Below are positions 18,516 to 27,017 of a DNA stretch of 32,000 nt, piece after piece (position 1 is the stretch's first letter; every line of letters starts with the position of its first letter). Location of the stretch: positions 90,001 through 122,000 of the forward strand of contig NZ_CP046533.1 of NCBI RefSeq assembly GCF_014857065.1. Direction: 5' to 3'. This DNA comes from Candidatus Saccharimonadota bacterium (GTDB taxonomy: Bacteria; Pseudomonadota; Gammaproteobacteria; Enterobacterales; Enterobacteriaceae). A program made the translations under genes and the position numbers. The notes beneath the pieces are model-generated. The model worked only from the letters and a program-made list of their open reading frames with translations. It did no database searches and was not told the origin of the DNA.

Positions 18516-18567
18516 TTAACAAACATGAATTTGATTCTAACATTAGAATCAAATTCATGTTTGTTAA
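18516..18567. repeat. 52-nt perfect inverted repeat (25-bp arms, 2-nt centre)
   Basis: TTAACAAACATGAATTTGATTCTAA-CA-TTAGAATCAAATTCATGTTTGTTAA. All 25 pairs checked by hand. Lies in the 531-bp divergent prfA/ispE spacer and ends 59 nt upstream of the ispE ATG. Confidence 0.95.
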
Positions 18568-18626
18568 AGTAAGTTCTGGTTTTTTAACTATCGTAATTAA
18601 ATTCAAAAAAAAATTTTTCTAGTCAT

Positions 18627-19472
18627 ATGATAAAATGGCCATCACCTGCTAAGCTGAATTTGTTCTTATATATTATTGGTCGCCGTTTAGATGGGTATCA
18701 TATGCTTCAAACTTTATTTCAATTCATCAATTATGGTGATGATATAAGTATTTCTATAACTAATAATGGGAAAATAAACTTATTTAGTTCTATGGTTAAA
18801 ATAAAAAACAAATACAACTTAATTATGCGCGCTGCAAGATTATTACAACTTTATTGCTGGCAAAAAAATAAAAAAAATGTATTAGGAGCAAATATTTACT
18901 TAAATAAAGTATTGCCTATAGGTGGTGGATTGGGAGGTGGATCCTCAAATGCTGCTACAACACTTATAGCATTAAATAAACAATGGAGAACTAGATTAAG
19001 TTTAAAAACATTAGCAAAATTAGGTTTAAGATTAGGATCAGACATTCCTGCTTTTATATACGGACACACGTCTATTGTTGAAGGTATTGGAGAAATATTA
19101 ACTCCAATGAATTATGCTAAAAAATGGTATTTAGTATTGATACTTCCAATTAGTATTTCAACTCATTTGATTTTCAATCACAAGGAGTTAACAAGAAATT
19201 CAATTCATTCTCCTATTGTTAATTTACTAAATAAACCATTTCATAATGATTGTGAATCATTAGTAAGAAAAAAATTTCCTATAATTGATCAATATATAGC
19301 ATGGTTATCTAAATACGCTCCAACAAGACTTACAGGAACTGGTTCTTGTATATTTGCTGAATTTAATGATAAAAACAGCGCCATTGAAATTCAAAAAATA
19401 GTCTCTTCTGAAACACGTAATTTTATAGCTCAAGGTATTAATGTATCTCCATTGCATAGAATGTTACCATGA
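18627..19472 (+). CDS. ispE: 4-diphosphocytidyl-2-C-methyl-D-erythritol kinase
   Basis: 281 aa. WPSPAKLNLFLYIIGRRLDGYHMLQTLFQF and the GHMP-kinase loop PIGGGLGGGSSNAA. Colinear with E. coli IspE. Confidence 0.95.
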   Translation: MIKWPSPAKLNLFLYIIGRRLDGYHMLQTLFQFINYGDDISISITNNGKINLFSSMVKIKNKYNLIMRAARLLQLYCWQKNKKNVLGANIYLNKVLPIGGGLGGGSSNAATTLIALNKQWRTRLSLKTLAKLGLRLGSDIPAFIYGHTSIVEGIGEILTPMNYAKKWYLVLILPISISTHLIFNHKELTRNSIHSPIVNLLNKPFHNDCESLVRKKFPIIDQYIAWLSKYAPTRLTGTGSCIFAEFNDKNSAIEIQKIVSSETRNFIAQGINVSPLHRMLP

Positions 19473-19513
19473 GTTTTATTTACTAAGTTATTTTTTTGGA
19501 TTATTTATTAGTC

Positions 19514-20452
19514 ATGAAAATTTTTACAGGCAATGCTACTCCAGAATTAGCCAAACTAATTGTTAGAAATCTATCTATTAATTTAGGTAAAGCTTCTGTT
19601 GGACGATTTAGTGATGGAGAAGTTAATGTGCAAATTAATGAGAACGTGCGTGGTGGAGACATATTTATTATTCAATCCACTTGCGCTCCAACTAATGATA
19701 ATATTATGGAATTAGTTGTTATGGTAGATGCGCTAAGGCGTGCATCGGCTGGTCGTATTACAGCGGTAATACCATACTTTGGGTATGCTAGGCAAGACCG
19801 CAGAGTACGTTCTGCACGAGTTCCTATCACTTCTAGAGTTGTGGCAGATCTTCTCTCTAACGTAGGTGTTGATCGTATTTTAACTGTAGATTTACATACA
19901 GAACAAATACAGGGGTTTTTTGATGTACCAGTAGACAACGTTTTTGGTAGTTCTGTTCTTTTAGATGATATGACACGGCAGAATTTGTATAATCCTATTG
20001 TAGTATCTCCGGATATTGGCGGAGTAATAAGAGCTCGCGCGATTGCTAAATTATTTAATGATGTTGATATCGCTATTATAGATAAACGCAGGCCACGAAT
20101 TAATATCGCTCAAGTTATGCACGTAATAGGTGATGTAACTAATCGTGATTGCATATTAATAGATGATATGATAGATACAGGAGGAACATTATGTAAAGCG
20201 GCAGAGGCTCTTAAAGAAAGAGGAGCAAAAAGGGTTTTTGCCTATGCAACTCATCCCATATTTTCTGGTAATGCTTATAAAAATTTTAAAGAATCAATAA
20301 TTGATGAAATAATTATTTGCGATTCAATACCGTTAAATTCTAATATTAAGACATTATCAAATATACGAGTTCTAACTCTTTCAAAAATGTTAGCAGAAAC
20401 TATACGTCGTATTAGTAATGAGGAATCAATTTCTGCCATGTTTGAACATTAA
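19514..20452 (+). CDS. prs: ribose-phosphate pyrophosphokinase
   Basis: [20 protein letters not shown]...[34 protein letters not shown]...[11 protein letters not shown] is near-identical to E. coli Prs. I place the start at ATG 19514 (MKIF, compare E. coli MKLF). The ORF-track start at 19496 is a TTG six codons upstream. Confidence 0.95.
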   Translation: MKIFTGNATPELAKLIVRNLSINLGKASVGRFSDGEVNVQINENVRGGDIFIIQSTCAPTNDNIMELVVMVDALRRASAGRITAVIPYFGYARQDRRVRSARVPITSRVVADLLSNVGVDRILTVDLHTEQIQGFFDVPVDNVFGSSVLLDDMTRQNLYNPIVVSPDIGGVIRARAIAKLFNDVDIAIIDKRRPRINIAQVMHVIGDVTNRDCILIDDMIDTGGTLCKAAEALKERGAKRVFAYATHPIFSGNAYKNFKESIIDEIIICDSIPLNSNIKTLSNIRVLTLSKMLAETIRRISNEESISAMFEH

Positions 20453-20535
20453 TTTTTAATTTTTTAAAAATCTTAAAATACAATTTGGTTTTATATTATA
20501 ATAACTAAAATATTAAAATTTATTACAAATTTAAA

Positions 20536-21117
20536 ATGTTAATAAAACTAATCGTGGGTCTTGGTAATTATGGATGTAAATATGATGGCACTAGACATAA
20601 TTTAGGGTCTTATTATGTAAATTTACTAGCTAAGCGTTATAAATTATCTTTTGTGAAAAAGAAACAGTTTTCTAGTCTTGTTGGAAAATTTGTAATTTTT
20701 AATAATCTCATTCATCTATTGATACCTACTACTTACATGAATCTTAGTGGTGAAGCAGTTGCAGCTATGTCTTCTTTTTATAATTTTCTTCCTGCAAATA
20801 TTTTAATTGTACACGATGAACTAGATTTAATGCCTGGCATTATAAAGCTTAAATTCGGTGGTAGCCATGCTGGACATAATGGTTTAAAAAATATAATAAA
20901 TAAATTAGGTTGTAATCAATTTTACAGACTACGCATTGGGATAGGACGTCCAAAGCATAATAGTGAAATAGTAAACTTCGTTCTTAGTAAACCACCATTC
21001 AACGAAAAACAAACTATTCATAATATACTCAATAAAGTTATAAATTATACTGAGTATGTGGTGAATAAAAATATAATACAAGTGATGAATAAACTGCATA
21101 GTAATATTATTAATTGA
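20536..21117 (+). CDS. pth: peptidyl-tRNA hydrolase
   Basis: 193 aa. IKLIVGLGN...TRHN.G...PTTYMNLSGEAV...VHDELDL.PG..KLKFGG.HAGHNGLK match E. coli Pth (194 aa). Confidence 0.94.
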   Translation: MLIKLIVGLGNYGCKYDGTRHNLGSYYVNLLAKRYKLSFVKKKQFSSLVGKFVIFNNLIHLLIPTTYMNLSGEAVAAMSSFYNFLPANILIVHDELDLMPGIIKLKFGGSHAGHNGLKNIINKLGCNQFYRLRIGIGRPKHNSEIVNFVLSKPPFNEKQTIHNILNKVINYTEYVVNKNIIQVMNKLHSNIIN

Positions 21118-21139
21118 GCATCAATTAATAATATTACTA
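21099..21139. repeat. 41-nt perfect hairpin (19-bp arms, 3-nt loop) spanning the pth stop codon
   Basis: TAGTAATATTATTAATTGA-GCA-TCAATTAATAATATTACTA. All 19 pairs checked by hand. The left arm is the last 6 codons plus the TGA stop of pth (21115-21117). The right arm lies in the pth-ychF spacer. Confidence 0.9.
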
Positions 21140-21190
21140 ATAATAAATTTTAACTTCTTTCCTCTTATTATAGGATTATGCTAATCAGAT

Positions 21191-22252
21191 ATGGTCGCAT
21201 CATACGGCATTATTGGTTTACCCAACGTAGGAAAATCTACCCTATTTAATATATTAACTAATTCTAACGTAAAATCAGCTAATTTCCCCTTTTCAACTGT
21301 TAAACCTAATGTTGCTAGAGTATTAATAATAGATCAACGTTTAAATAGACTAGCTAAAATTGTTAATCCACGGTTAATAGTACCAACTGAAATAGAATTA
21401 ATCGATATAGCAGGGTTAATTAAAGGTTTTTCTCAAGGAGAAGGATTAGGAAATAAATCTCTTAATTATATTAGTAATGCCGATGCTATTATTCATGTTA
21501 TACGTTTTTTTAATGATGATTCCATAATTCACATAAATAACGAAATAAATCCTATTAAAGATATAAAGATTATTAATGATGAACTTATTTTAACTGATAT
21601 AATAAAATGTGAGAGTATTGTAAATTTTCTTACATTATATCTTCAATCCCACAAAAAGAAAGAAAATGAAAAATACAACTATTTACGTTTATCGGTAATT
21701 CATAAATGTTTAGATTATTTAGATAAAAATTTAATGTTACGTCAATTAAAAATCACTGAAGAAGAAAGAAACATTATTGATAATTATCGTTTTTTTACAT
21801 TAAAACCAAATTTGTATTTAATTAATTTTAAAGAAAAACAAGATTTGAAAAAACATTACTTAAAAAAAATAAAAAAAATTGCTGAAATTGACGGTTCTAT
21901 ACTACATAAATTTTGTATAACATCAATACAAGATGGGCACAATGATAAGATAAAAACTATTAATCAGTTAATTAATGTAATTTACAAATTATTAAATTTA
22001 CAAACTTTTTTTACTGTAAATAAAAAGGAAGTTCGATCGTGGACAATTCCTGCATGTAATACTGTTCTTCAAGCTGCTAGAAAAATACATAGTGATTTTG
22101 CACAAAAATTTATTTGCGCACAAATCATCAAATTTAACGATTTTCTAAATTATGAGGGAGAGCAAAAATCCAAAAAAGCAGGAAAAGTCTTTTTTGGAGG
22201 AAAAAATTACCAAGTTAAAGATGGAGATGTAATAAAGATCATTCATAGATAA
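21191..22252 (+). CDS. ychF: ribosome-binding ATPase YchF
   Basis: 353 aa. P-loop GLPNVGKSTLFN. The C-terminal LLNLQTFFTV..KEVRSWTIP......AARKIHSDF...FI.AQ matches E. coli YchF. Follows pth, as in E. coli. Confidence 0.93.
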   Translation: MVASYGIIGLPNVGKSTLFNILTNSNVKSANFPFSTVKPNVARVLIIDQRLNRLAKIVNPRLIVPTEIELIDIAGLIKGFSQGEGLGNKSLNYISNADAIIHVIRFFNDDSIIHINNEINPIKDIKIINDELILTDIIKCESIVNFLTLYLQSHKKKENEKYNYLRLSVIHKCLDYLDKNLMLRQLKITEEERNIIDNYRFFTLKPNLYLINFKEKQDLKKHYLKKIKKIAEIDGSILHKFCITSIQDGHNDKIKTINQLINVIYKLLNLQTFFTVNKKEVRSWTIPACNTVLQAARKIHSDFAQKFICAQIIKFNDFLNYEGEQKSKKAGKVFFGGKNYQVKDGDVIKIIHR

Positions 22253-22328
22253 AATGAAACTATTCCCTGTATTTTAAACAATTAGCAAATATTGAAAACG
22301 AAACAAAAACATGCAACACAAAAAGAGC

Positions 22329-22380
22329 AGAGATGTCCTTCTTCTTTTTCTTTATTTTTTATTTGAAGGACAAAATCTCT
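22329..22380 (-). terminator. candidate terminator in the ychF/ybhL convergent spacer
   Basis: AGAGAT-GTCCTTC...(23-nt T/C-rich loop)...GAAGGAC-AAA-ATCTCT, giving 13 paired positions with a 3-nt bulge. On the minus strand it is followed by GCTCTTTTTG. The loop is unusually large for an intrinsic terminator. Confidence 0.3.
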
Positions 22381-22435
22381 CTTTCCTCTATCCCAAATCT
22401 GTATACTTTCAAACAAGAACCCATAATCAAATGTT

Positions 22436-23146
22436 TTAACGTCTATTGCCAAAAATACGTAACATCATTAAAAATAGATTAATAAAATCAAGATAGAGAG
22501 TCAAAGCACCTATAATAGAATAGGTACGGAATTTTTCGTGATCTTCCATTGACAACGAAGAACCAATAGATTTTAACTTTTGAGTATCATAAGCAGTTAA
22601 TCCTACAAACACTACAATACCAACATAAGTAATTAACCACATCAAAGGTGTACTACTCATCCATAAATTCAACAATGATGCTAACATAAGTCCAATAACC
22701 GCCATTAATAATAAATTACCGAAACTACTTAAATCCGTTTTAGTAGTATAACCATACAAAGCCATTCCACCAAACATCCCAGCAGCAACCAAAAAAGTGC
22801 CAGCAATAGAAGAAGCGGTATAAACAATAAAAATGCTAGACAAAGTTAACCCAGTTAACACTGAATATAACATAAATAAAGTCGTAGCCAAAGAAGCACT
22901 AAGTTTAGTTACTATTCCAGATAAAATAAACACCAGTACCAATTGCCCAATAACTAAACTGAAAAAAACAACTTGATTAGAAAAAATTAACTGCAATACA
23001 GCTGGCGTAATTGAAGTATACCAAGCAACAAAACTTGTTAATAATAAACCACAAGTCATCCAACCAAAAACTTGAGCCATAAACGGTTGGACTATGCTTT
23101 TAATTCGTTCTTCAAAAGTAGTATGAAAACGAGGGAATCTATCCAT
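22436..23146 (-). CDS. ybhL: BAX inhibitor-1 family inner-membrane protein YbhL
   Basis: 236 aa. MDRFPR...MAQVFGWMTCGLLLTSFVAWY...LTGLTLSSIFIVYTA...GLTAYDTQKLK...LGALTLYLDFINLFLMMLRIFGNRR is colinear with E. coli YbhL. AAAGGTGAG lies upstream of the ATG. Confidence 0.9.
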   Translation of the reverse strand: MDRFPRFHTTFEERIKSIVQPFMAQVFGWMTCGLLLTSFVAWYTSITPAVLQLIFSNQVVFFSLVIGQLVLVFILSGIVTKLSASLATTLFMLYSVLTGLTLSSIFIVYTASSIAGTFLVAAGMFGGMALYGYTTKTDLSSFGNLLLMAVIGLMLASLLNLWMSSTPLMWLITYVGIVVFVGLTAYDTQKLKSIGSSLSMEDHEKFRTYSIIGALTLYLDFINLFLMMLRIFGNRR

Positions 23147-23321
23147 AATAACTCACCTTTAATAAGTAAAATGAAATAAAGACTGTACAGAAATCTTAAA
23201 CGTGTATTTCAAAAATCAATTACACACTTAATTACGATCCACGAAAGCATAACATATAAAAATAACTTAATACAAGATTATTTTTCAAAATGTTTTAAAT
23301 TTTCAAGGAAAATTTATTTAA

Positions 23322-24335
23322 TTAATAACTATTATTCGTTGTATTTAAAAAGATTACCCACATAGGTTCTGAATCCAAATTATATCTAGATAATAATTTT
23401 AAATATCCGTTACATAGAATAGTATAAACAGAAATATTTTTACCTTTTTGATTAGCTACTATTAAATAACACCCTGTATTATCAATTGCGAAGCTTCCAG
23501 GTTGTTGATCATCCATGGGTTCATATCCAATAAATTTCAATGTTCCATTAGAAAATACTTTAAAGTAACTAATGATATTAGCGGCGCGATCGGAACAATA
23601 TAACCAACGATTATTAGGAGTAACATGAATATTCGCAGCCCAATGTGTTTCATCATAACATCTAGGTATAATATTTAAAGTTTGAATAATTTTAGGTTTA
23701 TAGTAATCACTATGAATGTCAATAACACTAACAGTACTATTAAGTTCATTGATAACATAAGCATACTTTTCGTGATTACTAAATACCATGTGACGAGGGC
23801 CAGAGTATTTTTTAATTTTCACTAAGAATGAATACTTAATAAATTCTTTTGTTAAAGAAATGTCAAAAATACGAATACAATCTTCTCCTAAACATGGAAC
23901 CCATAATCTACTATTATCATTATTTTTTTCCACATTAACGGAATGACATTTAATCAATCCTTTTAATATTTTAATTGGTTTAATAAACTTACCTTCTTGA
24001 GTTAGCTTAATAACTGCAATTGAATTATTATGATATAAAGCGCAAAATAATTTTTTTTGATAATTGTCTATAGATAAATAAGTGGGACTTCCAGGTAACG
24101 ATATTTTATCCTTTATTGCAATTAATGTGCCATATTTATTAATTTTATAACCAATAATACTAAAAACAGGACGGATACCTATATACAAAACTCTTTTATT
24201 TGGATGAATCGTTAGCGGTTGTGCATTTCCGGGAGTATTTAGTATTTGCAATAACGTTAGCAGACCACTATAGTTAATGGAATATACGTAAAGCTTTTGA
24301 ATGTTCGGAATAGAAACGTAAAAAATTTGTGTCAT
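23322..24335 (-). CDS. pgl: 6-phosphogluconolactonase
   Basis: 337 aa. ...LPGSPTYLS...GPRHMVFSN.EKYAYVINELNSTVSV...WAANIHVTPNNRWLYCSDRAAN...PMWV matches E. coli Pgl (YbhE) along its length. Confidence 0.9.
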   Translation of the reverse strand: MTQIFYVSIPNIQKLYVYSINYSGLLTLLQILNTPGNAQPLTIHPNKRVLYIGIRPVFSIIGYKINKYGTLIAIKDKISLPGSPTYLSIDNYQKKLFCALYHNNSIAVIKLTQEGKFIKPIKILKGLIKCHSVNVEKNNDNSRLWVPCLGEDCIRIFDISLTKEFIKYSFLVKIKKYSGPRHMVFSNHEKYAYVINELNSTVSVIDIHSDYYKPKIIQTLNIIPRCYDETHWAANIHVTPNNRWLYCSDRAANIISYFKVFSNGTLKFIGYEPMDDQQPGSFAIDNTGCYLIVANQKGKNISVYTILCNGYLKLLSRYNLDSEPMWVIFLNTTNNSY

Positions 24336-24510
24336 TCTATGTGCATAAACTTATTCATAAATAATCCTTGAATCATACCATTAATCGTTATACAGTATAA
24401 TAGAATTTGATACTATACTTAAAGTACAGTTTAATCAATTTAAATTCTAAATAACTTACACAATAATAACTATTTTAAATATTAAGGCATTAAAGATTGT
24501 TAGAAACAAT

Positions 24511-25209
24511 ATGACTATCACCAAATTAGTTATGGTTAGACACGGAGAAAGTCAATGGAATAGAGAAAACAGATTTACTGGTTGGGTAGATGTTGATTTG
24601 TCTGATCAAGGTCGTGTTGAAGCTAAACGGGCTGGCAAGATACTGAAAAATAAAGGATTTATATTTGATCGTGGATATACTTCAGTATTAAAACGCGCCA
24701 TTCACACTTTGTGGCTTATAATTGACGAATTAGATCAAGCATGGTTGCCAATTAGGAAACATTGGAGACTCAATGAACGTCATTATGGTATGCTGCAAGG
24801 ATTAAATAAAGCTGAAACAATTAAAAAATTTGGAAATGATAAAGTACAGCAATGGCGGCGTAGTTTAAATGTTGCTCCGCCTAAAATTATTAATAATGAA
24901 AATTTAGGATATGATCTTCGTTATATGAACAATGGCTTAAATCAGCTACCTGATTCCGAAAGTTTGTCTTCTACCATAAATCGAGTACGTCTGTGTTTAA
25001 ATTATAATATCTTACCTAACATAAAGCGTGGAAGAAAGTTAGTTATAGTTGCTCACGGTAACTCTATACGAGCCATGATAGTCTTATTAAATAATCTGAA
25101 GGATGAAGAAGAAATTTTCCAATTGAATGTACCTACAGCAACGCCCTTAATATATGAGTTCGATGACAAAATGCAAATTGTCAGTCACTATTTTTTGAAT
25201 CTAAACTGA
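24511..25209 (+). CDS. gpmA: 2,3-bisphosphoglycerate-dependent phosphoglycerate mutase (C-terminal tail absent)
   Basis: 232 aa. KLVMVRHGESQWNRENRFTGWVDVDLS...YTSVLKRAIHTLW...WRLNERHYG.LQGLNKAET...AHGNS.RA is colinear with E. coli GpmA (250 aa). It stops at ...HYFLNLN, before the E. coli tail ADEIAAKAAAVANQGKAK. Confidence 0.93.
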   Translation: MTITKLVMVRHGESQWNRENRFTGWVDVDLSDQGRVEAKRAGKILKNKGFIFDRGYTSVLKRAIHTLWLIIDELDQAWLPIRKHWRLNERHYGMLQGLNKAETIKKFGNDKVQQWRRSLNVAPPKIINNENLGYDLRYMNNGLNQLPDSESLSSTINRVRLCLNYNILPNIKRGRKLVIVAHGNSIRAMIVLLNNLKDEEEIFQLNVPTATPLIYEFDDKMQIVSHYFLNLN

Positions 25210-25239
25210 AACAATTAACTACTGTTTTATTATATAAGA

Positions 25240-25440
25240 GATAACGTGAAAAGATCAGAATAAAATGGGACCTCACATGTATAAATGTGCAACAAAAACT
25301 ATCGGTTAGTTCGGAACGCGATCCTTGCGTCTTATCCGAAATTAAGTAAGACTCAGTTTCAATAAAATGACTAAACGACCTAGAATACTTATTTATCAAA
25401 GTAACATTCAGAAACCAAGCAAAACTCGCAAAATTTGTAA
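25240..25440. other. GC-enriched structured island in an AT-rich spacer (candidate sRNA or gene relic)
   Basis: Hand count gives 39 G+C in the 94 nt from 25268 (about 41%), against visibly much lower GC in other spacers. It contains the nested stem-loop TTCGGA-ACGC-GATCCTT-GCGT-CTTA-TCCGAA (25310-25340) and the small hairpin CACAT-GTATAA-ATGTG (25274-25289). I saw no tRNA cloverleaf and recognised no protein frame. Confidence 0.4.
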
Positions 25441-25672
25441 TGTAACATATTATAATAACTGAAGTCAAAATTTTATAGTCTGATATGTTTCCATTCTATA
25501 AATATAGATAGTTGTATTTAATTTAATTAAAGATATATTCGTATTCAAATAATATTAATGTAATCAAAAAAAATTAATTAAAACGCTATTAATTCGTATA
25601 TTTAATTTGATTTAAGATATTTGATAAAATCAAACATTAAAATAAAAAGTCATAGACAATTTATAACAAATT

Positions 25673-26434
25673 TCAAAGTTGTGTTAGATGCTTTTGTATT
25701 TGCTTAGCAGCATCACTATGAGGATATAATTTATTAATTCGTTGATATATTGCTTTCGCTTTGTCTTTTTGCCCTTTGTTTTGCATAATAATACCAAGTT
25801 TTAATAAAGCATCAGGTGCCTTCGAAGATTTAGGATATTTTTTCGCTATTATAGCAAAATAATAAGAAGCATCTTCTTGTTTGCCTTTGTTGTAATTCAA
25901 CTGTCCTAACCAATAATGTACATTGGGTGAATAAATAGAATTCGGATAATTTTGTAAAAAATTCTGAAATGCTATAATGGCTTTATCATGTTGTTTTTGC
26001 CTAATAACTAACGATAAAGCTGCATGGTAAGCATCGTGAATACTTTTATTATTCGAATTAATAATAGATTTTGTTTGTTCTTTTTGTGTAGGAGACTCTT
26101 TCTTGTGGGAAGGGATGCTGCTTTTATCAATATCATTAATTAATTTGTTGATCTGTTGAAAAATATTATTTTGTTTACCAACTATCAACTTTAGTTGATA
26201 TTGGTTTTCCTGAATTTGTCCACGTAATAAATTAATTTCTTCTTGATTATTTAATAATTGTTGTTGTAATTCAACTAAACATTGACTGTGAGCAATACAT
26301 ATTCGTTCTATTTGAAAGACTTTCTCATCCACGGAAGGAATATTTATTTTTTTTACAGAAACTTTAGCGACTGAACACCAATGCATTACGCTAAAACTTA
26401 AAATTAATATTCTCAATAAAAAATCATAACTCAT
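25673..26434 (-). CDS. cpoB: cell division coordinator CpoB (YbgF), Tol-Pal associated
   Basis: 253 aa with an N-terminal signal-like segment, a Q-rich coiled coil and C-terminal TPRs. YPNSIYSPNVHYWLGQLNYNKGKQEDASYYF...YPKSSKAPDALLKLGIIMQNKG matches E. coli CpoB. Follows pal. Confidence 0.9.
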   Translation of the reverse strand: MSYDFLLRILILSFSVMHWCSVAKVSVKKINIPSVDEKVFQIERICIAHSQCLVELQQQLLNNQEEINLLRGQIQENQYQLKLIVGKQNNIFQQINKLINDIDKSSIPSHKKESPTQKEQTKSIINSNNKSIHDAYHAALSLVIRQKQHDKAIIAFQNFLQNYPNSIYSPNVHYWLGQLNYNKGKQEDASYYFAIIAKKYPKSSKAPDALLKLGIIMQNKGQKDKAKAIYQRINKLYPHSDAAKQIQKHLTQL

Positions 26435-26447
26435 TTTTTAATAAGAT

Positions 26448-26957
26448 TTAGTTATTAAGATACACAAGTACAGCGCGACGATTTTTAGCATAAGCTTCTT
26501 CGTTATGCTCTGATACTACAGGTTTTTCTTTGCCGTAAGATACTATCTTTATTTGATTATTTAATACACCTCTAATTTGAAGGTACATTTTTACAGAATT
26601 TGCACGACGTTCTCCTAAAGCAATATTATATTCTGGAGTACCACGTTCATCAGCATGCCCCTCAATAATAACTTTAAATGATGGATTATTAGATAAAAAA
26701 ACAGCATGTTCATCCAATATTTTAGCAAACTCATAAATGATATTGTACTTATCTAAACCAAAATAGATTGTATTATTCTTGCGTAATTCTTGTATTTTTA
26801 AAATAATTTTTTCATCTGTAGAATTTTTTTGGATTTCATCATGCGTTACAATACTATTATTAATTATTTTTTTATTGGGAACGCAAGAAGCGATTGAAAT
26901 TATCAAAATTAATAATAATAATTTGCTTAATAACTTTGATATTTGAACTGATTGCAT
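26448..26957 (-). CDS. pal: peptidoglycan-associated lipoprotein Pal
   Basis: 169 aa. Lipobox ..SIASC, then an OmpA-like domain: IYFGLDKY......L.EHA.FL..NP...[28 protein letters not shown]...GV......VSYGKEKP...[14 protein letters not shown]. Confidence 0.95.
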   Translation of the reverse strand: MQSVQISKLLSKLLLLILIISIASCVPNKKIINNSIVTHDEIQKNSTDEKIILKIQELRKNNTIYFGLDKYNIIYEFAKILDEHAVFLSNNPSFKVIIEGHADERGTPEYNIALGERRANSVKMYLQIRGVLNNQIKIVSYGKEKPVVSEHNEEAYAKNRRAVLVYLNN

Positions 26958-27017
26958 TTTAGTTATTCCTTTTTGTGTTGTGCTAAATATATTTGACTAA
27001 ATTGAAAATTTTTACCA

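Noticed and set aside
19496-19513. TTG-initiated N-terminal extension of prs (MDYLLV) given in the ORF track
   Set aside because: The E. coli Prs alignment begins at the ATG at 19514 ([13 protein letters not shown] versus [13 protein letters not shown]). The extension has no homology.
25181-25468. 95-aa minus-strand ORF overlapping the gpmA 3' end and the GC-enriched spacer island
   Set aside because: I recognise no family from the translation. It has no Shine-Dalgarno sequence and overlaps the gpmA stop. The region is reported instead as a candidate RNA or relic.
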